Source of the DNA: Selaginella moellendorffii
Taxonomy: Eukaryota; Plantae; Lycopodiophyta
Assembly: GCF_000143415.4 (NCBI RefSeq)
Contig: NW_003314271.1
Location: 248,001 to 312,000 of the forward strand
Reading direction: 5' to 3'
DNA length: 64,000 nucleotides
Made by a program: the position numbers and the translations under genes. Positions 10,249-21,739 of the stretch are shown piece after piece. The notes beneath the pieces are model-generated. The model was not told the DNA's origin and did no database searches. It saw nothing but the letters and a program-made list of their open reading frames with translations. Each line of letters opens with the position of its first letter. Within the stretch, counting starts at the first letter, position 1.

Positions 10249-13101
10249 TCAAGCTCCTGGTCCATTTTCCACAGCCGTATACATCAAGGAGGCATTGGGC
10301 CCGTCACTCCGAGATAGTACACCTTTCAACTGGCTGACATAAAATACCGGATGAATTTTCACCCCAGCTGGCAGCCGCACCCGATAAGCCGCTTTACCAA
10401 TGCGCTCCAGCACTTCATATGGACCAGCATAGCGATGGGAGAGTTTATCACTCTTCCCTATCCGTAAAGGCACCAAGGTGTTCCGCCGCTCACTTGACGG
10501 AAAGATCACTCGCACGAAGACGAGATCACCCACCTTATATTCCCGGAATTGGCGATGCTCATTAGCAAACTTCTCCGCTCTATCCTGAGCTGCTTGCAAA
10601 TTCCGTTTGCATACCACCAGAATCTCATCAAGTTCTGTGGCCAGATCAGTTGCCTCGGAATCAAGCTTTTCTTGAACATCCTTACTCAAATGCAATCCCA
10701 ACTCCACCGCTGTTCGAGGATGCCTTCCAAACATCGCAAAGTAAGGACTTAGCTTGGTTCCACTGTGTTGGCTATTGTTGTAAGCAAATTGCACCAACGG
10801 AAGATATAGATCCCACTGTCCTTGCCTTTGACCAATGCTACAACGTAGCATATCCTCCACCACCTGATTCACACGCTCAGTTTGCCCATCCGTCTGAGGA
10901 TGATCTCCACTCGAGAGTTTCAAAGTCACTTGCATAGCCTTTGCAAAACTTTTCCAAAATCCACTGGTGAACTTTGAATCTCGATCACTAATGATGTCCT
11001 CCGGCAAACCAAAATCAGGAAAAACCTTCTCCAAGTAAACCGCAGCCAAGTCTGAGGCAGTGACAGTCTTCCGAAGAGCCAACAACCGCACATACTTCGT
11101 CAACCGATCTACTATGACCCATACTTGCTCCTTTTGCCTCTGTGTTCGTGGCAAACAAGTGATGAAGTCCATAGAGATACTACACCAACGGCTCTGAGGA
11201 ATAGGTAAAGGTTGCAAAAGTCCCCCCGGCTTCTCCCGTGGCACCTTAACCCGCTGACAAAGCTCGCATGATTTACAATACTTGAGGATATCAGCCTTCA
11301 TATTCCTCCAATAAAAGTTGCGCTTAATCAACTCATACGTCTTCTTCCCCCCAAAATGACCGGCCTCTGGACGATCATGATAGTGGAATAAAACTTGAGT
11401 AATTAACGCATCCACCCGTGGCAAATAGACACGGCCATTGTAGTAGAGAATCCCATCCACCAATGAGAAAGGAGCTTCCATCTGGTCTCGCAAAGAGGCC
11501 ACCTCAGCATCCTGAGCCTGAGCATGCTCAACCAACTGCCCAAACTCGCTGACCACCTTACTCAAATGATGACAAAATCGTGTTCGTAACATCGTCACAC
11601 GACGAACACGAGATAAAGCATCCGCCACCACATTTGATTTTCCCGGACGATGCTCAATAGGAAACTCCCCAAACTCCATGAGTTTGACCATCCAACGAGC
11701 TTGCCTAGTGTTCAACTCCTTCTGTGTGAAAAGATACACAAGTGGTTTGTGATCTGTCAACACCACGAACACTGCACCATAAAGATAGTGCCGCCACATC
11801 CGCAAAGCATGAACAATAGAGAGTAACTCTTGCTCATATGTGGAATAGCGTTGCTCCGCGGAATTCAAAGTTCGACTCTCATATGCAATAGGCTGTCCCT
11901 CTTGCATGAGAACTCCTCCCAGTGCATAACCACTCGCATCGCATGTCACCTCGTAAGGTTTCGATGGATCAGCAATGCGAAGCACTGGAGCCTCGATCAA
12001 CAATCGTTTCAGCGCCACAAAACTCTCCTCTTGTGGCGTCTTCCACTCGAATGGCACATTCTTGCGTAACAACCGCGTCAATGGAATAGCCACCTCTGCA
12101 AACTTATGCTGGAAACGTCGGTAGTAACTAGCCATACCAAGAAAACTGCGCAACTCGGCCACTGTAGTCGGTGTAGGCCAATTTTCCACCACAGCCACCT
12201 TCCTTGGATCCGTCTTGACACCCTTAGATGTCACAATATGGCCTAGATATTCCACCTCCGACTTTGCAAATTCACATTTGCTCTTCTTCGCATAAAGTTT
12301 GTTGTCTCGAAGTAACAAAAGAACCTTGCGCAAATGCACCCTATGCTCCTCCATATTCTTGCTAAAAACAAGAATATCGTCCAAGAAAATCTCCACAAAC
12401 TCATGAAGATAACGCCCAAATACCTCCGTCATCAACCGAGTAAATGTGGCCGGTGCATTCGTCAAACCAAACGGCATAACGGTAAACTCAAAATGTCCGA
12501 AGCTTGTGTTGAATGCCGTCTTGGAGATAGATGCATCATCCATTGCAATCTGATGATATCCACTCCTCAGATCAATCTTGGTAAACACTCGTGCTTCACC
12601 AAGCTTGTCTAGGATATCATCCACACGTGGCATCGGCATCTTGTCCTTCACTGTCTTCTTGTTTAAAGCACGGTAGTCAATACACATCCGCATTGAACCG
12701 TCCTTCTTCTTCACAAGCAAGACCGGAGCACCAAACGGAGACTTACTTGGTTGAATAAATCCAAACTCAAGTAACTCCTTGACTTGTCGCTGAACTTCTT
12801 GCTCCTCCGCATAACTTAACCGAAATGGACGCCGGTAAATTGGCCGCGTCCCCGGCTCCAATGTAATCCCATGCTCCACACCTCGTAATGGAGGCAATCC
12901 ATGAGGAAGTTCAGATGGAAAAACATCAGAAAACTCGTCGAGTACATCCCGTACTGCTGCTTCTCCCCCACACGTGCCTTGGTCGCCCAAGTCACGAACA
13001 AACAGCAAGTAACTCGAAAGTGCTTTTCCATTACGACAAGCCCGCTTCAAAGATGTAGCAGAGAGCATAACAACTGGTGGTTGACGCCCTCGCCAAACCA
13101 C
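10249..13101 (-). CDS. Gypsy pol: reverse transcriptase, RNase H, integrase
   Basis: 950-aa ORF with RMCIDYRALN, KIDLRSGYHQ, MPFGLTNAP, FLDDIL, CDAS, TDHKPL, ADALSR, HHCC, SMDF, SDRD, GQTER and a GPY motif. Confidence 0.97.
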   Translation of the reverse strand: MVWRGRQPPVVMLSATSLKRACRNGKALSSYLLFVRDLGDQGTCGGEAAVRDVLDEFSDVFPSELPHGLPPLRGVEHGITLEPGTRPIYRRPFRLSYAEEQEVQRQVKELLEFGFIQPSKSPFGAPVLLVKKKDGSMRMCIDYRALNKKTVKDKMPMPRVDDILDKLGEARVFTKIDLRSGYHQIAMDDASISKTAFNTSFGHFEFTVMPFGLTNAPATFTRLMTEVFGRYLHEFVEIFLDDILVFSKNMEEHRVHLRKVLLLLRDNKLYAKKSKCEFAKSEVEYLGHIVTSKGVKTDPRKVAVVENWPTPTTVAELRSFLGMASYYRRFQHKFAEVAIPLTRLLRKNVPFEWKTPQEESFVALKRLLIEAPVLRIADPSKPYEVTCDASGYALGGVLMQEGQPIAYESRTLNSAEQRYSTYEQELLSIVHALRMWRHYLYGAVFVVLTDHKPLVYLFTQKELNTRQARWMVKLMEFGEFPIEHRPGKSNVVADALSRVRRVTMLRTRFCHHLSKVVSEFGQLVEHAQAQDAEVASLRDQMEAPFSLVDGILYYNGRVYLPRVDALITQVLFHYHDRPEAGHFGGKKTYELIKRNFYWRNMKADILKYCKSCELCQRVKVPREKPGGLLQPLPIPQSRWCSISMDFITCLPRTQRQKEQVWVIVDRLTKYVRLLALRKTVTASDLAAVYLEKVFPDFGLPEDIISDRDSKFTSGFWKSFAKAMQVTLKLSSGDHPQTDGQTERVNQVVEDMLRCSIGQRQGQWDLYLPLVQFAYNNSQHSGTKLSPYFAMFGRHPRTAVELGLHLSKDVQEKLDSEATDLATELDEILVVCKRNLQAAQDRAEKFANEHRQFREYKVGDLVFVRVIFPSSERRNTLVPLRIGKSDKLSHRYAGPYEVLERIGKAAYRVRLPAGVKIHPVFYVSQLKGVLSRSDGPNASLMYTAVENGPGA

Positions 13102-14300
13102 ACATCTTTAACTCCACCATACTCCAGCGAGATACGCTTAATGCTCCACTTTATCTCTGGATCCACCTTCACCAACCATGGCATCCCAAGAATGAGATCC
13201 ACACGATGGATATCCGCGAGATAAAAAGTCTCCACAAGTGTGGTTTTGCCAACCAACACTTCCAGCCCCTCGACACAAGCATCGAAATGCTGAGCAGAGG
13301 TAGCTGCACCTTCCACTGTGTATGGAAGAACTCCACGTGTGTTCAGGCGATGCTCCTCAACAAACTTTGCCGAAACAAAGTTGTCATCGCTCCCACTATC
13401 CAGTAAAATCCGCACTGGATCGCCACGGAACACGCCCTCCAGCATTAAAGCTGATTCACGCGTATCCTCAAGCTCCATCTTGTTCCACACACAGTTGAGC
13501 TGACGAGCAACGATCGAAAGTCGCTTCCTCCGACCGGAATGGTCGGTCTCCTCCTCCTCACGCTGCAAAGTTTGCAACTTTTTAGTATCGGACTTACCGT
13601 GAGAAAAAGATTGGCCATTCTTCTTGTCCTGCTGCTTGTTCTTTAACTGCGGACAATCAGCCTTGTAGTGTCCAAGTTCGCCGCAATGATGACAACCCTG
13701 TCTATAATTCTTCACAAAGAACTTCTGCTTCTTGGACCCCTTTGCATCTGAAGTAGTCACCACTGACTTCAACTTGTGATGCTTGTTCCCATCCTTGTGT
13801 CCACGGCGATCATCACGACGATTCTCGACAGAAGGACTCCGCGAACGCTTGCGAGACTTGTGCTTGTCATTCAATCCTGGTCCATCTTCCACAGCCGTAT
13901 ACATCAAGCCGTATACTTCATATGGACCAGCATATCGATGGGAGAGTTTATCACTCTTCCCTATCCGTAAAGGCACCAAGGTGTTCCGCCGCTCACTTGA
14001 CGGAAAGATCACTCGCACGAAGACGAGATCACCCACCTTATATTCCCGGAATTGGCGATGCTCATTAGCAAACTTCTCCGCTCTATCCTGAGCTGCTTGC
14101 AAATTCCGTTTGCATACCACCAGAATCTCATCAAGTTCTGTGGCCAGATCAGTTGCCTCAGAATCAAGCTTTTCTTGAACGTCCTTACTCAAATGCAATC
14201 CCAACTCCACCGCTGTTCGAGGATGCCTTCCAAACATCGCAAAGTAAGGACTTAGCTTGGTTCCACTGTGTTGGCTATTGTTGTAAGCAAATTGCACCAA
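13047..14300 (-). CDS. Chimeric ORF: integrase C-terminus fused to gag CCHC knuckle and aspartic protease
   Basis: The N-part repeats the integrase tail of the pol ORF. It is followed by CHHCGELGHYKADC, LLDSGS and DLILGMPWL. It is frameshifted relative to pol near 13100. Confidence 0.85.
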   Translation of the reverse strand: MVQFAYNNSQHSGTKLSPYFAMFGRHPRTAVELGLHLSKDVQEKLDSEATDLATELDEILVVCKRNLQAAQDRAEKFANEHRQFREYKVGDLVFVRVIFPSSERRNTLVPLRIGKSDKLSHRYAGPYEVYGLMYTAVEDGPGLNDKHKSRKRSRSPSVENRRDDRRGHKDGNKHHKLKSVVTTSDAKGSKKQKFFVKNYRQGCHHCGELGHYKADCPQLKNKQQDKKNGQSFSHGKSDTKKLQTLQREEEETDHSGRRKRLSIVARQLNCVWNKMELEDTRESALMLEGVFRGDPVRILLDSGSDDNFVSAKFVEEHRLNTRGVLPYTVEGAATSAQHFDACVEGLEVLVGKTTLVETFYLADIHRVDLILGMPWLVKVDPEIKWSIKRISLEYGGVKDVWFGEGVNHQLLCSLLHL

Positions 14301-14490
14301 CGGAAGATATAGATCCCACTATCCTTGCCTTTGACCAATGCTACAACGTAGCATATCCTCCACCACCTGATTCACACGCTCAGTTTGCCCATCCGTCTGA
14401 GGATGATCTCCACTCGAGAGTTTCAAAGTCACTTGCATAGCCTTTGCAAAACTTTTCCAAAATCCACTGGTGAACTTGAATTTCGATCAC

Positions 14491-14640
14491 NNNNNNNNNN
14501 NNNNNNNNNNNNNNNNNNNNNNNNNNNNNNNNNNNNNNNNNNNNNNNNNNNNNNNNNNNNNNNNNNNNNNNNNNNNNNNNNNNNNNNNNNNNNNNNNNNN
14601 NNNNNNNNNNNNNNNNNNNNNNNNNNNNNNNNNNNNNNNN
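14491..14640. other. Assembly gap
   Basis: Run of N. Confidence 1.
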
Positions 14641-15700
14641 TCTGTGTTCGTGGCAAACAAGTGATGAAGTCCATAGAGATACTACACCAACGGCTCTGAG
14701 GAATAGGTAAAGGTTGCAAAAGTCCCCCCGGCTTCTCCCGTGGCACCTTAACCCGCTGACAAAGCTCGCATGATTTACAATACTTGAGGATATCAGCCTT
14801 CATATTCCTCCAGTAAAAGTTGCGCTTAATCAACTCATACGTCTTCTTCCCCCCAAAATGACCGGCCTCTGGACGATCATGATAGTGGAATAAAACTTGA
14901 GTAATTAACGCATCCACCCGTGGCAAATAGACACGGCCATTGTAGTAGAGAATCCCATCCACCAATGAGAAAGGAGCTTCCATCTGGTCTCGCAAAGAGG
15001 CCACCTCAGCATCCTGAGCCTGAGCATGCTCAACCAACTGCCCAAACTCGCTGACCACCTTACTCAAATGATGACAAAATCGTGTTCGTAACATCGTCAC
15101 ATGACGAACACGAGATAAAGCATCCGCCACCACATTTGATTTTCCCGGACGATGCTCAATAGGAAACTCCCCAAACTCCATGAGTTTGACCATCCAACGA
15201 GCTTGCCTAGTGTTCAACTCCTTCTGTGTGAAAAGATACACAAGTGGTTTGTGATCTGTCAACACCACGAACACTGCACCATAAAGATAGTGCCGCCACG
15301 TCCGCAAAGCATGAACAATAGAGAGTAACTCTTGCTCATATGTGGAATAGCGTTGCTCCGCGGAATTCAAAGTTCGACTCTCATATGCAATAGGCTGTCC
15401 CTCTTGCATGAGAACTCCTCCCAGTGCATAACCACTCGCATCGCATGTCACCTCGTAAGGTTTCGATGGATCAGCAATGCGAAGCACTGGAGCCTCGATC
15501 AACAATCGTTTCAGCGCCACAAAACTCTCCTCTTGTGGCGTCTTCCACTCGAATGGCACATTCTTGCGTAACAACCGCGTCAATGGAATAGCCACCTCTG
15601 CAAACTTATGCTGGAAACGTCGGTAGTAACTAGCCATACCAAGAAAACTGCGCAACTCGGCCACTGTAGTCGGTGTAGGCCAATTTTCCACCACAGCCAC

Positions 15701-15800
15701 NNNNNNNNNNNNNNNNNNNNNNNNNNNNNNNNNNNNNNNNNNNNNNNNNNNNNNNNNNNNNNNNNNNNNNNNNNNNNNNNNNNNNNNNNNNNNNNNNNNN
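15701..15800. other. Assembly gap
   Basis: Run of N. Confidence 1.
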
Positions 15801-15836
15801 AAAAAAGGAATCGCCAAAGTAACCTCCCCACGACGG

Positions 15837-16385
15837 CAGGTGACAGACCTGGAGATGATATACTCAGAGTACAATTTGCTGAGGCAGTAGTTAACAGCAT
15901 CAATATACGATTTTTGGACAGGAAAACGTAAGTTTTTCTAGTCTGAAAGAAGTAAGGGTGTGTGAAAAGTTGAACTGAGCCGACTGTTGGGAAAACAAGG
16001 CTGAAACATTGCTTTGTCAGCTTATGACGAAAAAAGGACAGGTGAATGAATTCCAAAATCTTTTTTGTTTCTAGCTTTAGACCCTGTATGATAAATTAAC
16101 AGGTATACAGCTTGCAACAAGGTAGACGAGATGCCGAAATGGTCTTTACAATGGGAGTTATGGAAGATGTCAATATAGTGCTACAGGCTGCTAGAGGTAT
16201 CATTTCTATTGTTGTATATGTTATTGAAGAGGTATTGTTTTCCGATACTGGATGGTAGACTTGACAATGAATGTAGTGGAACATGTATCTGGAAGATTTT
16301 CCGCATGAGGGTTGTCAAGAAATGGGTATGTCATCACAAATTATAAGACTGAATTGATTTTCTAAATGCCACCATCTGTGCAAGA
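15837..16385 (+). pseudogene. Degenerate internal fragment of OEP80/Toc75-V, introns retained
   Basis: Aligns to about 27926-28495 with small deletions, frameshifts and transition changes. Confidence 0.9.
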
Positions 16386-17009
16386 GCACTTGTTATCCAA
16401 ACAAAGTATATACCTCTTAGATGATAGATATGATGTTAGGGAGACATATAGATACATACTTTGGGAAGGCAAGAGTATATAAGATATGTGGAGAAGGACA
16501 TGCTAACAACTACAATAATACTCCCAAAAACAAATATGTCTAATGTACAAAACTATAGTATGGGGAGAAGCAATTGCTAAGATGAGAAATGGAATAGATT
16601 GTTAGTTCAATAGGTATATTGACTCAAAGGACACTCTTAATATGTCCATGTAGATTATGTTGGTTAAACCAAGGGTTACCATTTTTCATTGAGGACCACT
16701 TGCTTAAAACTGGTAGCTGTCTAAGTATGGGCTTGAATGGTAGGCCATGTGCTCCATTTGGAAAAAAAAGGATGGTGAAATAGAAAAAAAGAAAAAAGAA
16801 AAAGAAAGAAGCAAAATCTAGCATTTGTTATGGAAATAAGGTGAAGCAAGTATTCATGAACGGATATAGACACCACTAAATGGATTGTTTCAAATGACAC
16901 ATCTAAGATAATCATTAGGATCCAAGCAACTCCCCCCTTGAGAGAGTTTTTTGTTGGTTTTATGTTTAACAAAACAATACTCAAGGTGTTTTCTTGGTAA
17001 ATAAAAAGC

Positions 17010-18160
17010 CCTATTTAATGAAGTTGGACTAGAGTTAAACTCAATAGGGACTTCTTTCTTTGATAATTCTTCCAAGCCTATTCTCTTGATTGTGGTTTCA
17101 CTAAATAGTAGGTAAGGATAGTGGAATCTTATTAATCCATATCAAACTAGAGTCAAACTCAATAAGGTCTTCTTTCTTTACTGATTCTTTTAAGTCTGTT
17201 CCCTTGGTTGTGGTTTCGCTAGATAATAGGTAAGGATAGTGGAATCTTATTAATCCATTCATATGCATCACTAACTAGATGATGAAGCATTTGGCTACTT
17301 TAAGAGAGTTATAGTTACTCTTGCCAATTACTTAGGCTTGGTTGAATTTTGTCACTTTGATATTTAGAGCATTGGGCAAAATCATATTGCATCCACAAGG
17401 ACTATCACAATGTTGGATTCCTTTTATTCATTCAAGTTCTAAGTCAGTTGTCAAAGAATTATAAGCTCTTGAATTTAGATTTCCTGAGAAGTCATCTAAC
17501 CTAATACTACTCAAACCTCAAATATCCCAAGACCTTTAATTAATTGAAAAAAGGGGTGCATTGTTATTTATAGGCCCTTTCCCTCTATATTTGACCTTTT
17601 ATAAAAACAATTTAAGTCATTCCCTTTGATTACTTACAATATATCCCTTTCTCATATTAATTGATAGTTAACCAACTCCACACAATCAACATGGACACAT
17701 TAAGGGTGTCTTTTGAGTTAATAAACCTATTGAAAGGGAATATACAATAGGTTCCATCTCTTAGGATCAATCAATTTGTTCATATAGAACTTTTTTCCAT
17801 TTCAATCTTTGAAGTTCTCATTTAAATATTTAATAATACCACCAATATCTACATCAAAGGTTGTTTCACTTGGGCTTGTGCCCAAAGTTGCACTATGAAC
17901 CCCATGCCCTCCTATTTAAGGGTAGGGTTTAGGATCTCACAATCACTATGATGGTTTGGTATAAGCCACACACTTAAGTGCTATCTATCTTTGAGGCTAC
18001 TTGATTTAGTAAGTGAGTTATTATACACTCTTTAATGGATTTTGAATTCTATGACCACCATCTTGCTATCTTACTCAATAAATTAGGATTTGGGTCAGTG
18101 CACACTTTGGCACTATAGCTTAGCTTTTGGTTCATCCCATATTATCAGTTTTGCTTGCTT
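17010..18160 (-). pseudogene. Degenerate 26S (LSU) rDNA, central portion
   Basis: Matches reverse-complement plant LSU segments, e.g. GACTAGAGTCAAGCTCAACAGGGTC, GTGGTTTCGCT, CATTTGGCTACCTTAAGAGAG, AAGTTCTCATTTGAATATT, GGTTCATCCCGCATC, with pervasive C>T/G>A changes. There is an internal duplication of about 120 bp at 17025-17260. Confidence 0.9.
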
Positions 18161-19413
18161 GAATGCTTGGAATTTATTAGGTTGGACCCTAATCTTTTAG
18201 AGTCTATCATATTTGGTTGGAGGTATGAATCTCAAGTTAAACATGACTTCTATAAGCCAAAGGAAGTACTTTACAATTGGGATACCTTTAAGCACCAAAC
18301 TTGGCAATGCAAATGATGGCTATAAGTGAGCTACTTGGATGAAATCGGCCATGTGCATATTAGTATTAGCCTAAAAGTCTTAATCACATCACCTTTAAGC
18401 CACTATAGATCACAAAAATCATCACTAAAATATATGATGCTTGGAATTGCATTATTAGTATCATCTTGAAAATGTACATCTAGAACTTCCAAGCAATGAG
18501 ATGGTTGTTAAATAGCACTTTAGTCATCTAGTTTGATTGGCACTCCACTTTTGCCAACTAACTCCAATAGTAGATGTGATGACCACCTCCAAGACACAAT
18601 GCTAGCTTGAATCGATATATCAACATCTATTCATCAGTAGCACTGACAAAGTAGCTAATATGTCTACATTCTTTTGTAAAGTATTAGTTTAGGGAGAAAC
18701 ACTAATATAGATGAGTATTGAGGATTTATCTCTTATAGTATTTGACAATAATGTCTTGGAAAGTCTCAAGACAATTATGAAGCAATTGCTTTTCTATAGA
18801 AAATCCTACCTCAACAACTAGACCTCCTGTATCTAATAGGAATTTATAAGGTGCATAAAAATAATGTGCTAGCTCACAAAGACAGATAAGTGTGTATTTT
18901 CAGAAATCACTATATGCATAATGGCTATCCTTAAAGGGATATAGAATACACTACAAAATGTGGTAGATGATTTTTATGCAAAAGCTAAGTGTTTTGGAGG
19001 AAAAACAAATGCATGTTAGATTTGGATCCATGCAAGAATTTGCTATCAACATCTTTGACAAAATGATAATAATTTATATAAGTGATATAATCAAATGATA
19101 TGAGGTAATACCTTTGGAGGGAGACTAAGGCCTCACTACAACCATGATACATCTCATCAATCTAGCTTTCACAACCACTTCCAAAAGGATCTATTTTTGA
19201 TCTAGAGAAGACAATAACATTGAGGTCGAATGGAAACCTTTATGCTATTCATCAATTAAGGCTACCATAATTGAGCAAAATAACTTCATCATCCAGTATA
19301 TATATGTCTATTTATGTAACAAAATTTGGAAACAATTTGGAGACTCTATGTGTTTTTTGTTGAGAATACTTAGCTTGGCATAAGAAACTCATATATTGGA
19401 TTGCACTTGCTAG

Positions 19414-20256
19414 TGTTAGGAACCCCCGCAATATTGAGTTTAGTCCCTCAATACTCACTAAGTGATAATTTACCATGTCTACCAAACACTCTTGCTATCG
19501 TGCCCCTTGTGTTAGTTTCGTTCTGATTCTATTAGCTATTTATGGAAAAGTGTCTAAATCTATTAATTTGGCATACCTACAGTATGTAGAAATTATTTTG
19601 AACATGATGTTGTTATTCCCATGTTCAAATTCACAATCTAACATTATTCCATATCTAATAAGTTTCAAGCTTGTTCAAGAGATTAACTTCTAGTATTAAG
19701 GGTGAAAGCCGTGGGGTGGTCTAAATATATAATAGGGATAGTGGGTAGATTGGGCATGGCCAACCAATTTGAGGCATAATTTAGTTCCCATTTGTATGCC
19801 TGTCCTTATTCTATATCCGCTTGGGTCTAAACCCAAGTTCTATACCATGCTAATTGATGAAATACCCATAAATCCCAATGTTAATCCACTAATATGCTAA
19901 AATAGTACCAAACTTCGTTTGGCTCTGTTTTGCATGCTAGTTTTGGCATTAAGAAGTTGAATGCTCTAGAATTGTTCCAAGCCACTCTATGCTTCTGTCC
20001 CTTCACTCCTTAGGTTGAATGCTTATGGGTTTCTTTATACTGTGATTCCTTTGCTCCTTGGTTACAAGCTTGGGAGTTTGGCTCCATTCCTTCATTCAGT
20101 GGTCCAAGGCTTTAAAACTCAAGTTTTGCTCTACTGTCCTTAGACACATTGACATGTGGCATGTGACACATGGCATATGGACGGTTTATCTTCTACTTCG
20201 TGGTTATCCTATGGTAAATCACCATAGAGTAAAGGGTGAAAACCACATACGTTACA
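19414..20256 (-). mobile_element. Old LTR (about 0.85 kb) within an insertion that splits the 26S relic
   Basis: TGT...ACA termini. Diverged inverted copy at 22063-22962, with similarity extending about 60 bp past one end (probable internal leader). Confidence 0.7.
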
Positions 20257-20584
20257 AACAATTAGACTAGACAACAAGATTCATGATGTGATAGAAAGCA
20301 ATCAGGTTGAGCACCTCTTTTAGAGTTCAGTGTTTAGAAAGTCCCTTCTGATGTATGGCTTGGACATGTACTTGAGTACATTGGCTAACAAGCATTAGCA
20401 ATACAAGTTTTGTTTTTTTTACTAATCCTTGTCTTCCACGATACAAGTACCCCCTAGACACCCAAACTGTATGAGGTGATATGGGAAAAGTGGAGTTGTT
20501 ATGCATTCATGATTGGTATTAGGTTATTGGATAGATGATCCTACACCCTAGATAAATGTAACTAAAAATAGTATAGTCAATCTA

Positions 20585-21586
20585 CTTAACCAAGAATGGC
20601 CTGCTCAGAGCTTGCATTCATAGATCCAACTACTTACTTCTTTAAAGTTTGAGAATAAGTACCTTTAATACCTCTAACCATTCACTTTTCCCAATAAAAC
20701 TTAAAAAAAACTTCAACTATCTTGAGGGAAACTTTAGAGGGTACTAGTGTTCAATTAGTCATTTGCTCTTACACCCAAGTCTGATGAATGATTTGCATTT
20801 GATTATCATTATTGTTATGAGTCTCCACTAGAGTTTCTTTGGCTTCACCTTGGTTAGGCATAGTTCACCATCTTTTGGGTCCTAACAGGTATGTTAGCAT
20901 TCAAACTCTTCTCAAAAGATCAAAGTTGGTCTATGGTGCACCTTAAAATTAATTTTTTATGGGTTTAACATTCGTAAACTCATATACATGTTAGACTCTT
21001 TGGTCTATATTTCAAAATGGGTTAAATGGAATGCCCAAGTTCTAGCATCTAGCAATATATTAGAACACTCTACCATTTTTAGAGGCACTAGTAACATTGA
21101 TAAGGATCCTAACGCCCACAAGCCATTATTCCCTCTTATGCTAGACAACCCTTGCATTGCTTGGCAAATTAACTTTCATTGTTCCACACACAATTAAAGG
21201 GTGCATAAGACATTCATTTGCTTCTCCCTAGCAATTTCAAGCACTTTTTGACTCTCTTTTCAATGTCTTTTTCATCTTTCCCTTGTAATACTTGTGCACT
21301 ATCAGTCTCTCACTAGTATTTAGCCAAGTAGTATTTACTACCTATTTAAAATTGCATTCCCAAACAGCCTAACTCATCGAAAGCAACTCTCACCCTTTAT
21401 AACATCCCATCCTAAGGACTTAAATTCAATCTATTACTAAGAACCCTTTTCCAAACTATAATTTAAGGTGTAGAAACACCTTAATTTCCAAATAGAGCTC
21501 TATTTATTTCACTTATTGCTATTAGGGAAATCTTTGTTAGTTCCTTATGATATGTTTAAACTAAGTGGGTAGTCTTACTTGACCTA
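20585..21586 (-). pseudogene. Degenerate 26S (LSU) rDNA, 5' portion
   Basis: Matches reverse-complement LSU: TTTAAAGTTTGAGAATA, CTATCCTGAGGGAAACTTCG, GGCATAGTTCACCATCTTT, CAATTTCAAGCACT, GCATTCCCAAACA and the ITS4-like TGATATGCTTAAACTCAGCGGGT, all AT-drifted. Confidence 0.92.
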
Positions 21587-21739
21587 AATTTGTGCACATG
21601 AGAGATTTACCACTAGAGGGGGTGCATGCCATCAATGCCACATAAATGATTTAGAACCACACCATCCACATGCAATCAAATTAGCTAGAACCCAAGTCTA
21701 CAAATGGTCATATTTGCCCCTTCATAGAGTGTATATAGG

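Larger units (their letters stand above)
10078..15700 (-). mobile_element. Ty3/gypsy (chromovirus-like) LTR retrotransposon, partly duplicated in tandem; 5' end lost in a gap
   Basis: Domain order gag zinc knuckle-PR-RT-RNaseH-INT. PPT GGGGGGGAAGAAT (10176-10188) adjoins LTR 10078-10175. A second near-identical RH-INT copy spans about 13872-15700. Confidence 0.95.

Noticed and set aside
13047-13110. Programmed ribosomal frameshift between protease and RT
   Set aside because: No in-phase slippery heptamer is present. An extra TG in GATGTGTGGTT explains the shift as slippage or sequencing error.
14385-16056. ORFs spanning N runs (e.g. 14429..15874)
   Set aside because: They are artefacts of translating through gaps and join gypsy sequence to antisense OEP80 sequence.
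17285-17310. R2-type insertion at the LSU target (AAGG/TAGC)
   Set aside because: The site is present but uninterrupted, and the actual insertion is about 0.9 kb away.
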